A DNA stretch of 64,000 bases from Camelus ferus. Its lineage: Eukaryota. Every line of letters starts with the position of its first letter. Positions within the stretch are counted from its first letter, which is position 1. The notes below the pieces were generated by a model that saw nothing but the letters and a program-made list of their open reading frames with translations, was not told where the DNA came from and did no database searches. Both the position numbers and the translations under genes were made by a program. Shown here in pieces: positions 1 through 10,419 of the stretch. Location of the stretch: assembly GCF_009834535.1 (NCBI RefSeq), contig NC_045697.1, positions 93,312,001-93,376,000 of the forward strand, given 5' to 3'.

Positions 1-129
1 TAACAAATAACTCCTGTAATTTTTATGTTTGTCATGGGAATTTCTGAGAGGAACTCTTGAAAATGGCTTGTGCAACTTCCATCCACATTTAACTGGCTTG
101 AACTTACTCACTGACCCTGAACATAACTG

Positions 130-780
130 CATATGTCATTGTCATCACACATTATCATTACCTAAGCCAGATACCCAAGACGCAAGCTTGAACCTTTCAC
201 TCTCCGTAACACACCACCTTCTTGGTCACCAATTTTGACTTAGCCTACCTAGCTTTGACTTCCGTCTTATTCTCACTTAGATCACGGCTAAAGACTTTTA
301 TCTTGCCTCCTTACCTGCGGGGTCAAACTTCTCTGATCCATTTTTTAAATGTTGGCTAAATTATGTCTTGAAAACTGCAATATCATCATATCAATCCCCT
401 GATTAAAAGTACCAGTGGCTTATATTGCCCCATACAAAAGCTCGAATTTCTTTAACTGTAAAGTTTTGCATGAACTAGTCTCCTATCTATTCTATGTCTT
501 TATCTTCATCTCTCATTTATTACTGCAGCCCCTACCTCATGCAACATAAACTTACATAGTTCAGTTTCTGTTTACTCTCTTACAGGTAGAAGATACACTG
601 TACATGTTTGCTATGATCTCTCAAAGTTCCTTGTATTTTAAATTTAGTAGTAACTGTCATGCTTTATTTTTTTGCTTATATTACTTTTGATCTATCTTCA
701 TATCAAATACTGTGCTCTTTGAAGGCATACTTTGTTCAATGCTCAGGAAAAGAATAATACATAAAAATAAGTTAAATAAG
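130..780 (+). mobile_element. L2 LINE 3' remnant (highly decayed)
   Basis: 365-455 aaaactgcaatatcatcatatcaatcccctgattaaaagtaccagtggcttatattgccc resembles the recalled L2 3' consensus; boundaries approximate. Confidence 0.5.
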
Positions 781-1354
781 TAATTTTGCTTTCAATTAAT
801 TGATTATGTATCTATCAATTCAAGGTGCTTATGTTTTTCCTTTCCTGTGACATCTACACTAGATTCTCCATTTTTATTATATGATTTTTACATAATATAA
901 TATGTATTTTCTACTTCTAATATAGTATTATTATTATACTAGATATTACATTTTTTATTTCTACAATAAGTCGTGGGTTCTATTTTATCCTTTCCACTGC
1001 ACTAGATTATAGAGGAGATTGAAAAGAGATAGGAAACATGTACTTGAAATCAATAATAAGCACAGTTTGAAGGTTTCAAAATCTAAAAATATCATGAGAT
1101 AACTTATGGAAAGAGAAATGAGTATTGCTGTAATTTTTTTTTCCATTTGGTAGATTAGTTGAGAAGGTACAATTTTCATTGAGCATGGACTTCATGTCAA
1201 TTTTTTTTTCCAAATCATGTTCTCACATATATAATATATACACATATATACACACACAGTAAATATGGCTCATTAAATACAATCATTATTTGAAGTTCTG
1301 TAGTAAATGAAATTAACATTCTCTTTTAAAGATATATTACTATTTTGTAGATGA

Positions 1355-1637
1355 GAAACAGACTCACAGACATAGTAAATAATCTTATGGCTATGGGGGC
1401 AAAGAGGGTAGGAAGGGATAAATTTGTGAGTTTGAGATTTGCAAATGTTAACCGCTATATATAAAAACAGATTAAAAAATTCTTCTGTATAGCACAGGGA
1501 ATTATATTCAATATCTTATAATAACCTTTAATGAAAAAGAATATGAAAATAAATATATATATTATATGCATGACTGGGACATTGTGCCATATGCCAGAAA
1601 TTGACACATTGTAACTGACCATACTTCAATAAAAAAA
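1355..1637 (+). mobile_element. 5'-truncated L1 3' end (cetartiodactyl/camelid type)
   Basis: gaaacagactcacagacatag...ctgtatagcacagggaattatattcaatatctt...ccagaaattgacacattgtaactgaccatacttcaataaaaaaa: typical artiodactyl L1 3' UTR ending in AATAAA/poly-A. Confidence 0.85.
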
Positions 1638-1689
1638 TGTATTACTAAATAACTGTATTTTCTGGAAATGCAGCCTTAATTATGTAGGT

Positions 1690-1860
1690 ACATAATGGCA
1701 TGCTGGGATATTATTTTAAAATAATTTGGCAAAAATAGAAAAGAAATATATGAAGCAAGTTTAGAAAAACCATGGTAATTGTTGAATTTGAGTGATGTTG
1801 TATGTAGTTTATTGAATTATTTACTATGTGTCTGAAAATATGATAAAAAAACAAAAAAGG
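1690..1860 (+). mobile_element. Old L1M (L1MD/ME-like) 3' UTR fragment
   Basis: tgctgggatattattttaaaataat...aattgttgaatttgagtgatg motif typical of ancient mammalian L1 3' ends. Confidence 0.4.
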
Positions 1861-3178
1861 GAAATACATATCTCTTATTTTTAGGAGTTAGTACAGCGTC
1901 TACCTACAGTGTCTACTAGCACTATATCTGATCAGAACCAAAGACTTTCTGACCATGTGATCAAATAAGATTAAGTCTAAATTCTCATAGGGAGTTACTT
2001 CAAGGCAGCAAAGATTCATACAGATGTTGTATCTAATGAGTAATTACATAGACTGATGTGTTTATTTATATTTTTAATTGTACAATATATTTTCTTTGTT
2101 ATCCTTAACATCAATATTAAGCTTATGCAAGTACAATATGCACCATATCTCAGGATCTCTATAACCTGAATTGTATATACATATATAAAAACAATATGAT
2201 TTAAAAAATAAGGGATCAATGCATATTGCTCACTTACACACTCACTATTCACCTGAAATTTTATTTTTGTTTTATATCTCCCTCCATCATAACTGTTATT
2301 ATACAAATAAAGTTTAAAAATTATTAAAGTAAAATTTTAGTGTGCTTAATAATGAATAATAATAATAATCCACATAGTTCTAAACTTTACAAAAATTTAA
2401 AATGTCTAGTGACCAAAAGATATTCAACTTAAATCAATTCTATGTGCTTAACTATTTTCATTTTTATACATTTTAGACTTCTAATTTTATTTTATTTTTT
2501 ACTATGTGATATTATCATTGGCTTCAAGAAACTCTTATTTACAATTAATTTATTCTGTTACATTCTTTTGGGCCTAAAAATGTGTGAGTTTTGTGATCTC
2601 CTGGACTAAAATATATTTAGTCACATAGTGAAAGGTCAGGCCATATAAAATCCTGCCTGTATTCACTTCACTTTTTGTTTTTGGTTGTAATGTGTTCCTA
2701 GTTATCTAATCTTATTTCATTACATTGTATTTCAATTATTTAATATTTGATTAAAATACCTAACTTACGAGACACTAACAGAATGAATGCATGTGAGCAC
2801 ACAATCCAATTTAGAAACAGGAAAAGTATCAATAATTTTGCAGCTATTTTTCATTCATTCTCTGCCACACAGATGCAGTTATACTTTTGTATTTGGTGCT
2901 TAGAATTTCCCTGTTTTCTTAATCAATGCATAATAACGTGGTTAAAAGTCTATTTTGGGATCCAGACAGTCTGTTTCTGGATCTTGTTTCCTTCTCTTTC
3001 CAGTCCTTTTTGAATCTACTCCTAATCTGTATCCCCAGTTCCTTTCTGGAAATTTAAGTAATTCTGGAAAGCGTGGGAAAAGGTGAAATGGTGAAATAAA
3101 GTGTCCTGCAGGTTACAAATTTCTCTCACAAATCCCTTCAGCAAAATGAGAAATCTTTTGTTGTAAAGGACATTTAGA

Positions 3179-3312
3179 GGGGATGGGTATAGCTCAGTGG
3201 TAGAGTGTATGCCTAGCATGCACAAGGTCCTGGGTTCAAACCTCCATTAAAAATAAACAAATAAATAAAACCTAATTACACCCCCTCAAATTAAAAAATA
3301 AACATCTTTTTT
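3179..3312 (+). mobile_element. tRNA-derived SINE (camelid Vic-1-like)
   Basis: ggggatgggtatagctcagtggtagag (A box), ggttcaaacc (B box), A-rich/cctaattacacccc tail; flanking direct repeat taaaggaca at 3164-3172 and 3313-3321. Confidence 0.9.
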
Positions 3313-4329
3313 TAAAGGACACAACTGGAAAATAACTAAGTGGGACCGACATATTTCATGCAATGCAAAGAAAGATCTAAGTGACTTACCTCATTCTATC
3401 AATAATCTCATGAAAAGACGATTAATCTTAAATCAACGGGTATGTGGAAAACACCATGGGCCGTGGGAAGAAAAGAACTTGTGCAGGGTTGCTTATTCAA
3501 TAGGCTGTATTTAGACAGCAGCACCTGACCTGGTAACAGGCATTGTTTATCCACAAATAGAGTCTCAAACATGAAACTGAAAGACTGGTAAGTAAAATCT
3601 TAATAGTGCTTTTACTTAATAAAAAAATAACAAACCAAAAACCATCAGGAATATAAAGCATCAGTGAAGAAAGCTTATCCATAAAGCCATTTCAGAGAGC
3701 ACACCTGCAAAAGTAGGAAGAAACTTATAAGTGTGAAAGCCACAAGGGAAAACTTTTTTTAGCAAACACTGTTAGTGAAGATCTTGAAGGAACCCAGACA
3801 AAGCAAATCACCCTTGTGGGTAAAATCTGACAGAGACAGAATTTGCCACAGTTGTCCTCTTTTTCAAAGTCATCTAGTCAACAAACTGATTCCCAAGAGA
3901 TTTACTACTCTTATCATTTATCTAATTATCGCTCTTCATTCTAAAACAGGACACCATTTCCTCCCATCCTATGCATGCAATATTCACTCAAAGGTTCTAT
4001 CCACGTCTGCACTTGCTACCACGTAATTCTTTTCTCCGAAAAGCAGCCAGAGTGGTCGTTCCATGTTAACTTAATCATGACGTTTTAGACTAATTGGAGG
4101 ATAAGTCCAGATGGTTCAACATTCATATAACATGAGTCTGGACACAGAAAGAATAAAGTGTATGTAGGGTTGCAAATGCTAAATAAATAAAAGAAGAAAA
4201 ATCTCCTGCATTAGACACATTTATAAGCCATCAAATAAAAGCTTTCATTGAGTGCTAATATCCTTACCTTAACACACCCTGGTGATATTTAAAATAAGTA
4301 GAAAGATTACCAAGGGGAGGGGAAAAAGT

Positions 4330-4640
4330 TACCTAAACAGGAAAAATATTATATTGTATCAGACCTCTCATCGGCAACATTAGATACCAGTTGACAGTAA
4401 GACAGTTTCTTTACAGGTATAGAGGAATTCTCCTTTGCTAGAGTCCTATAAGGAAGCAAAGCAATGGGTAATGCATTTAACTAATAAATAAACTGTCATT
4501 AATAATTAAAGTAACAAAAGTTAATTCCCAGACTCCTTTCTGGAAAAAAAATATTTGAGATGTTCTTTAGCAAAATGAAAATTTGAGATAAAAAGTTAAT
4601 ATATGTCATCCAAGAAACAGAACAAATCCAGAAGTAAAAA
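4330..4640 (+). mobile_element. L1/HAL1 ORF1-region remnant
   Basis: atcagacctctcatcggcaacattagataccag resembles the L1 ORF1 atcagacttctcaacagcaac motif. Confidence 0.45.
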
Positions 4641-5663
4641 GAAAATGAATTCTATGTTGACCATTATGTAGCAGACTGAAAGAGTATGTCAAAATTAGAT
4701 CCAAAGACTTTATTAGAATAACCTTCAACAAGGAAGTTGATTCCATTTCACAAATTGTGATTAAGGACCTAGATGATCTAAAAGATCTTATAGTTACATT
4801 TATACCCTTTATCATTAAGAATGTATAGAAGTCAAGAAACACCGGAGGAAAGCTGTAAAGAAATTTGTATTGAGAATCATTCTATTTTATTTGGTTTTGG
4901 TAAAGTCTTCTAGTCTAGTACTAGCGGGTTGTTTCTCATACTCTCCTGAATTACCTTCTCAGCATGATTTACCCTCTGCTGCCTTTCAAATTAATGCTAG
5001 TTCAGTCAGATTAGTAGTTACACAATCTGTAAACCAGAGAACCTGTCTTGCCTATTCATCAGCACATGGAACAAAGCCTACTTAAAGTTTGTGATTAACA
5101 CACTTTGTTTAAGTAAATAAATAACGGACAAATGAATGCATTTTTACAGTCCCTTTTTCAGATGTTAGCTCTGAAATGGAGTTGTGTATATGAAGAGTAG
5201 ACACGTGGAGGGGAGTTGATCATAGAGGCAAAGTAATTGTTAAACCTTATCTTTCAGCTCGGCCCTATCAATTATTTTACTTTAGCATTACACCTTTCAA
5301 GATCACGGTGTAACGAGAGGGCAGACGCCTGCCCAGGGTCACACCGCCAAGACAAGGGCTCTGAATGTGACTGTCTTCAAGGAGCACTTCAGCTCCCGGC
5401 CTGGGAGCAGAAGAGAGGGGGCCGCGGTTGCAAGGTGGAGCCTGTCGCCTTCTCTCCACTCCCACCATGTCCTTTCCTCACTGACCTCTCCTGCGGGCTT
5501 TGGGTGGGCTCCAGGAAGGAAGCTGAGGCCAGCGGGACACACCCTCCCTCAGTTGCCCTTCCCCAGGAAACGGGCCTGGCGCTGACCCATCTACCCACCC
5601 GTCCCTGCCTCGGCCATTACTAGCCAGGCTCTGCCCTCGTCCTTGTCAGGCTCACAGCCATAC

Positions 5664-5745
5664 CTGGACAGAGTGCTGCTGACGCGGTCGAGGAGGAAGT
5701 GCAGGAAGTCTGGAGTGTGCAGAAGCACCGGAAGGTGTACAAGAA
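5664..5745 (-). pseudogene. KNDC1: KNDC1-like pseudo-exon D, 3' part (RasGEF-N/REM domain)
   Basis: FLYTFRCFCTL then 1-nt frameshift to DFLHFLLDRVSSTLSR, ending at donor CCAG|gtatgg; the 5' part is replaced by an insert. Confidence 0.85.
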
Positions 5746-5936
5746 GCCCAGATCCACAGGTGAGTGTCCGAAGGGCCCGCAGCTCTGAGGCTACTCAGCC
5801 AGTGGCAGCCAACCCAAGGGAACTTACAGCTCTGGTGCAAGCCTGTCTCAGATGAAGGAAGGTGAGACTTTCCGACCTTTTTGCCCCCAGGGGCCTATTT
5901 CTTTCTTTGTTTTTTTCTCCCTTTTGTCTCCAAAAC
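5746..5936. other. Unrelated ~190-bp insert between the KNDC1-type acceptor and the remaining part of exon D
   Basis: The acceptor ccccgcag (5937-5944, minus) is followed by non-KNDC1 sequence instead of the expected DAFLEGYVQQ codons; origin unidentified. Confidence 0.6.
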
Positions 5937-5989
5937 CTGCGGGGCACAGGGACCCCCAGGCCTGCTTCCTCCCTCGGCCTGGGCTGCAC

Positions 5990-6169
5990 CTGGGCTGCGG
6001 GGTCCCTGGCCTTCCTCTGCCAGCCGGTGGCGGGAACTTGCTGACACTGTAGATGGAGGTCGTCTAGGGGGCTGAAGTCCTGCGAGTCGCAGAGGGCAGC
6101 AAGACGTTCAAAATCACGAGCAGGTCACTCGGCTCCGGGCTCCAGGCCCCATGGCTCCTCATACATGAC
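5990..6169 (-). pseudogene. KNDC1: KNDC1-like pseudo-exon C (multiple indels, stop)
   Basis: ccccag|GTCATGTAT: VMYEEPWGLEPGAE* then, in shifted frames, LLVILNV, AALCDSQDFSPLDD, IYSVSKFP and QRKAR; the 3' part (GTPLGLMAYLY) appears deleted; probable donor CCAG|gtgcag. Confidence 0.82.
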
Positions 6170-6355
6170 CTGGGGCAGCGAGCCACCGCGGTCTGGTTGA
6201 CCTGCTGCCCAGGCACCTGCCCCTGGCCCCGGGGGTGGCTTCGGAAAAGTCAGGGTACGTTTTTACATAGACTGCTTTCCAAGGTTTAAACAGGAGGAAG
6301 CTCGGCGACTACCAGGCCGTAGGAGGAAGGCGGGTAGAAATGCAGGGGGCCTTAC

Positions 6356-6452
6356 CTGCCGCTGCTGCGTGACAAGTCCGAGGAACTGCAGCTTGCACCT
6401 CATTTCTTCCAGCTGACCTTTCAGTTTGGACAACATGGCCTTCACTCGGAGC
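6356..6452 (-). pseudogene. KNDC1: KNDC1-like pseudo-exon B (97 nt, apparent 1-nt deletion)
   Basis: cccctcag|GCTCCGAGTGAAGGCCATG...CAG|gtaagg; GSE then frameshift to VKAMLSKLKGQLEEMRCKLQFLGLVTQQRQ; the original phase hits TGA. Confidence 0.88.
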
Positions 6453-6546
6453 CTGAGGGGCCGGCAGAGTCAGCCCGAAGCGCCCCCCTGACCCAGGGGA
6501 CACCTTGGCCCGACCCTCTGCTCTGGCCTGCATCCAGCTTGGCTAA

Positions 6547-6640
6547 CTTTGTTTCGCTTCTCCTTCCACAGGAGCTTCTGGCAGAACTTGAGAGCCTTCT
6601 GGAAGTTTATTTTCTCTGCCCTAAGCTGCTGCTCCAGCTC
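6547..6640 (-). pseudogene. KNDC1: KNDC1-like pseudo-exon A (94 nt)
   Basis: ctcgccag|GAGCTGGAG...; translates ELEQQLRAEKINFQKALKFCQKLLWKEKRNK+G; the expected phase-1 donor reads TTAGCC (damaged). Confidence 0.85.
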
Positions 6641-7171
6641 CTGGCGAGGAAGGAGCTGCAAGGCCAGGGCACCTGGCCCTTCGCCGCCGCGCGGCTTCAG
6701 GAAACTCTCGCAAGCGGGAGGTCGAGGCGGGCGTTTCCTCAGGGGAGCGAAGCGGGCGGCCAGGCGGGCAGCCGGGTCAACACACGGAGGAGGGAGGAAC
6801 TGGGCGCCGAGACGAACGAGGAAACATCTCAGTAACCAGGAGAAAGCAGATTCTATCGACCTGATTCAAAAAATGAAAAAAATGAGGCCAAAAAAACGTG
6901 AGGCAACCGGCGGAGCCCTTTCCTACCAGCCCGCCCGGATCCCCCCGCCCGCGCCCGCGCCCGCCGGGAGGAGAGGCGGGAAGAGCGGCGCGGGCGTGTC
7001 CGCGGCGGCAGCCAGCCCTGGCCTCGGGAGCCTGCCCTTCTGGAGAGTTCTCCCGGCACCGCGTCCCCGGTTGGAGGGCGGCATGCCCAGAGGCGCAGAC
7101 ACCGGCAGAGGAGCGAAGAGAGTCCTGCCCCGGAGCCCAAGGTGCAGACCCCCCTCAAGCCCGGGCAGCGC

Positions 7172-7200
7172 GGGCGGGGCTTCCGTCTAGAACACGGAAG
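7172..7200. promoter_or_regulatory. Sp/KLF GC box plus inverted pair of ETS-type cores
   Basis: GGGCGGGG (7172-7179), then CTTCCGT (7180-7186) and its exact reverse complement ACGGAAG (7194-7200) with a 7-nt spacer. Confidence 0.6.
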
Positions 7201-7265
7201 ACGCCGGGGCTTCAGCCAGGCTGCGTCTCCAGGAGGGAAGCGGGTCCGAGAACCCCGGGCTGCAG
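7201..7265 (+). other. Candidate first exon of an unidentified plus-strand transcript
   Basis: Lies just downstream of the promoter motifs and ends in CTGCAG|gtgagc; contains no ATG; TSS position inferred. Confidence 0.5.
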
Positions 7266-7663
7266 GTGAGCGCGGGGCCCCTCGGTTCTGCTTCGGGTGC
7301 CGGGCACCACGCGGGTCCCAGCTCCTTAACCGGAGAACTTGTATCTTTAGGAAGAGGACTGCTATATAGAACGAGGCGAAGGTCGGGAAGTAAGTTCTGC
7401 TAAGTCATTGTTTGTTAAGGGAGCCGTTTACCTACCTAGGTGAGCAGAATGTTGCTTCAGATAAATTGATCTGCAAGAACTTCCTGAAAGCAAAAGGTAA
7501 CATTATTCATTGATTTAGTTTTATTTTTTCTCAGCAAAAATTTTCTGTTACGAGCAACCAATTCATTTTGGCCCAGTTTACCTGGGTTTTTAGTTTTAAG
7601 AGCTGTGCTTTATTTTAGTACCTGATCATCATTGTCTATGTTGTCTGTTTTCTGAAGCTGGTA

Positions 7664-7866
7664 AGAGATGGGCAGACTTTTTCTGTAAAGTGCCAAATAG
7701 AAAATGTTTTAGGCTTCAGGAGCCATACTATCTCTTGCAACTACTTATTTTTACTGTTTTAGCCCCAAAGCAGGCCTAGAAAAATGAATGTGCCTGTGTT
7801 CTAAAAAAGCTTTATTTAAAACATTTGGTAAAGGTAGCATTGCCTTGTGGGCTATAATTTGGGGAG
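7664..7866. mobile_element. MER58A-like hAT-Charlie DNA transposon
   Basis: gggcagactttttctgtaaagtgccaaatagaaaatgttttaggctt...gcaactact...gtgttctaaaaaagctttattt matches the recalled MER58A consensus. Confidence 0.85.
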
Positions 7867-8544
7867 CTAAATAAATTAATGAAAAAAAAATGGTGCCTCT
7901 GTATACTTTCCACAGTTTTTTTCTACCCAAGTCATTAAAATTCTACAATTTTCATGACATATACAAACATATATAATATGTATGTATGCATAACCACCAA
8001 GTAAAGTGCTCCCGATAAGTGTACATGTAGACATGGACTCAAGAAAATAGTGCTTCAACTGGCACTCAAAACTCTATTTAACACAGTTTCTTATCTATAA
8101 TAAAGTATGATAATTTTATAGGATTTCTATTAGGATTAAGATAATGCTAAAATATACAGTCTATAATTTTGATATTATTTTTCACAAATTAGTGGAGGTG
8201 AGGAGATTAGTGTCTTAATGTAATCTACATTCATTTTTGTTATATACGTTGTGGAGAAAATGTATTTTTACCCTAAATATAATTCCTAGCAAGTAGGAAG
8301 ATAAAAATTACCATAATCTTAATTTTGAATACAGTACTAGAGTTTCTCTGAATTGCTATTACCTATTTGTAGGCAATTTGGAATTTACTATAGTATTCTA
8401 TTTCTTTCGAAAAAAATTCAAAATAATCCAAATAGGAAAATATTCTTAGTTTTTAAAAATTCTCTCCCTCTAGAAAAATAAGTATTCTAATTATAACAGA
8501 CGTTATCAAATATATACATGTATATGTTTCATATCAGATAGATT

Positions 8545-8952
8545 ATTAGGTCACATTTTATGAAACCAAGAATTTATTAGCTGCACAAAAGATTCTTGAG
8601 GGGAAATTCCTGTTAAGCATTAAGGAGAGGAAGCATGTATTAAGTGTAGCAATGCGGTTCTGATCCTTACGAAAGGAGAGGGTGAAGGAAGGAATTGGGA
8701 CAAAAGATTCTCAGCCTACAGCCCCGTTTTAGTTAGGTTTGGCCAGACCAAAGAGGAGTCTTCAACTCAAGTCTTCTGCAAGAAGAATCCCAATATTCCT
8801 AAGAATGTTTCGGGAACTGGGACCCTCTCCGTTGTCCCAGAACAGCCTAGTCAACAGGGCCTCAGTGCAATCAGTCATACGATCATATGGGTAGCAGCTG
8901 GGGCTGCCTGTCATCTATGTTCCCTGAAGCAGGAATTCTAAGTGGCTGCCAC
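8545..8952. mobile_element. ERVL-type solo LTR (LTR16/LTR33-like)
   Basis: gaaaggagagggtgaaggaaggaattggg...ctcagcctacagc...ggccagacc...ggagtc pattern; subfamily uncertain. Confidence 0.5.
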
Positions 8953-10248
8953 AGAAACCAAATATTTCTGTATAAAAAAGGAAAACCAGAAGCCAACCAA
9001 ACAAAACAAAACCCCGAAATGATAACCTTTAACGTCCATTGGATGACATGGATGTTAGGTTTCATACTTTCTTAAATATTTAATCATTATATATGCACAT
9101 ACGTATTTACGTGTATGCATAATTTTCTCTCTTTAGTTAAGAATTTTTCAATAATATTAATACTGTGTTTTATATAATCTTGAATTTCTTTTTAAAAATC
9201 AACCAAAAAGAAGCTGAAATATTCAGCTTTAATTTTCCTAGTAGATTTTTAATGTTTTGTAATCATAATGTTTAATTTGTGCTGTTCTTAGAACTTTAAT
9301 TATGAAGCTAAATTGTACTAATACCCATTAGGTACTTCTTAATTGAAGGCACATCATATGTCTGATGTGGCAGTACTAATTGGTGTAATTAAATTCTAAT
9401 ATGCATCAGTAGCCTAATTTTAAAAAGTGAATAAAAAGCAGATAGAAATAAGTCAGTTATTGAAACTGCATAGCTGTAAAATACATAAATGCATTTGCAT
9501 TTGTAACATACACATTTATTTAGAACATACAACCCATCAATTATATTTAAAATTAATTTTACCAGATAACTTGAAATAGAGAGTAAGGAGGATTGGTCAG
9601 GTAAGTATGCATGTGAATTCAGAAAGACACTTATTAAGTTCAAGAAGGACAATGATTGTCTCTTTTACAAATTCGTATGTAGGTCAAACCCTGTCAGAGT
9701 AAATGCATTCCTTATTGTAATATGTTTTGGGTGAAATTACAACCCACTTGCAGATCATGTTAGCATATTGTTCAAGTAGGAGGTGGGTCAGTAGTGAGCT
9801 CCTGCTCTGCTAAAACATGGTCCAGAAACACCCAGAAAATAATTTTTACATATTCAAAAATGTTCATTCATTTCTGCTCTTAGATCTTATTTGTTTAATA
9901 TATCAATTTTAAAATAAGTAATTTTGACTATACATTCTATCTTGATTTTTTACTTAATAATGAAATATGTATTTCTTTAATTACGTTATATGGACCTAAA
10001 ATATGGAATTAAATTATAAATTACTTTAATTTCCTTATTTCAAGAATCCTCTTTTTAGAAAAATATTTTTATTTTAAAAATGAATTCATATAGAAGTTTT
10101 TATTCAGAGGCAAACTGATATTCTGTGCACAAATCCAAATATCATTGCCAATTTAATTCATAATCATTTAAATTACCAGGCACACACATGAAATGCATTT
10201 TCTCTTTTATTCAGTTTTGAGAATCTGTAAGATTAACCTATATAGGCA

Positions 10249-10419
10249 CAGAGCCAGCTTGATATTTGTGTGAGCTGTGCAGTCACACAGTACTCCGCAG
10301 GTATAATGACCTCATATTTGATTTAATGCTCTGCTGTCACCATCTTGAAATTCTTAATAGGTTGGCACAACAATCATGTTTGTTTTGCACTGGGCCCCCA
10401 GATTATACAGCTATTCCAG
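10249..10419. mobile_element. MER91-like hAT-Tip100 element
   Basis: gctgtgcagtcacacag...tttaatgctctgctgtcaccatcttgaaattcttaata...ttttgcactgggcccc. Confidence 0.8.

Larger units (their letters stand above)
5310..6690 (-). pseudogene. KNDC1: Unprocessed, partial, frameshifted KNDC1 (v-KIND RasGEF) duplicate: four consecutive exons with introns
   Basis: Minus-strand exon translations match the recalled KNDC1 segment ELEQQLMMEKRNYRKTLKFYQKLLQKEKRNK/GSDVKTMLSKLKGQLEEMKSRVQFLSLVKKYLQ/VMYAERWGLEP...DFSPLDE/...FLYTFRYFCTPHDFLHFLLDRINSTLTR in colinear order, separated by GT-AG introns; frameshifts and stops present; no other KNDC1 exon seen in the window; outer boundaries estimated from the GC shift. 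Confidence 0.88.
6680..7330. promoter_or_regulatory. CpG island / probable promoter
   Basis: Very high GC and CpG density against an AT-rich background; several GC boxes (cccgccc, gggcgg); followed by the strong donor CAG|GTGAGC at 7265/7266. Confidence 0.8.

Noticed and set aside
3561..3587. 27-nt AG..GTAAGT micro-exon candidate upstream of the island
   Set aside because: Weak pyrimidine tract, a stop in phase 1, and no supporting partner exons.
5664..6640. Functional KNDC1 gene or processed retrocopy
   Set aside because: Frameshifts, stops, a damaged donor and the lack of other exons rule out an intact gene; retained introns and no poly-A/TSD argue against a processed pseudogene.
6549..7190. 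213-aa plus-strand ORF and other overlapping ORFs in 5237-7369
   Set aside because: Non-ATG start and R/G/P/A-rich low-complexity translation; stop codons are scarce in GC-rich DNA, and part of it is antisense to the KNDC1 exon.
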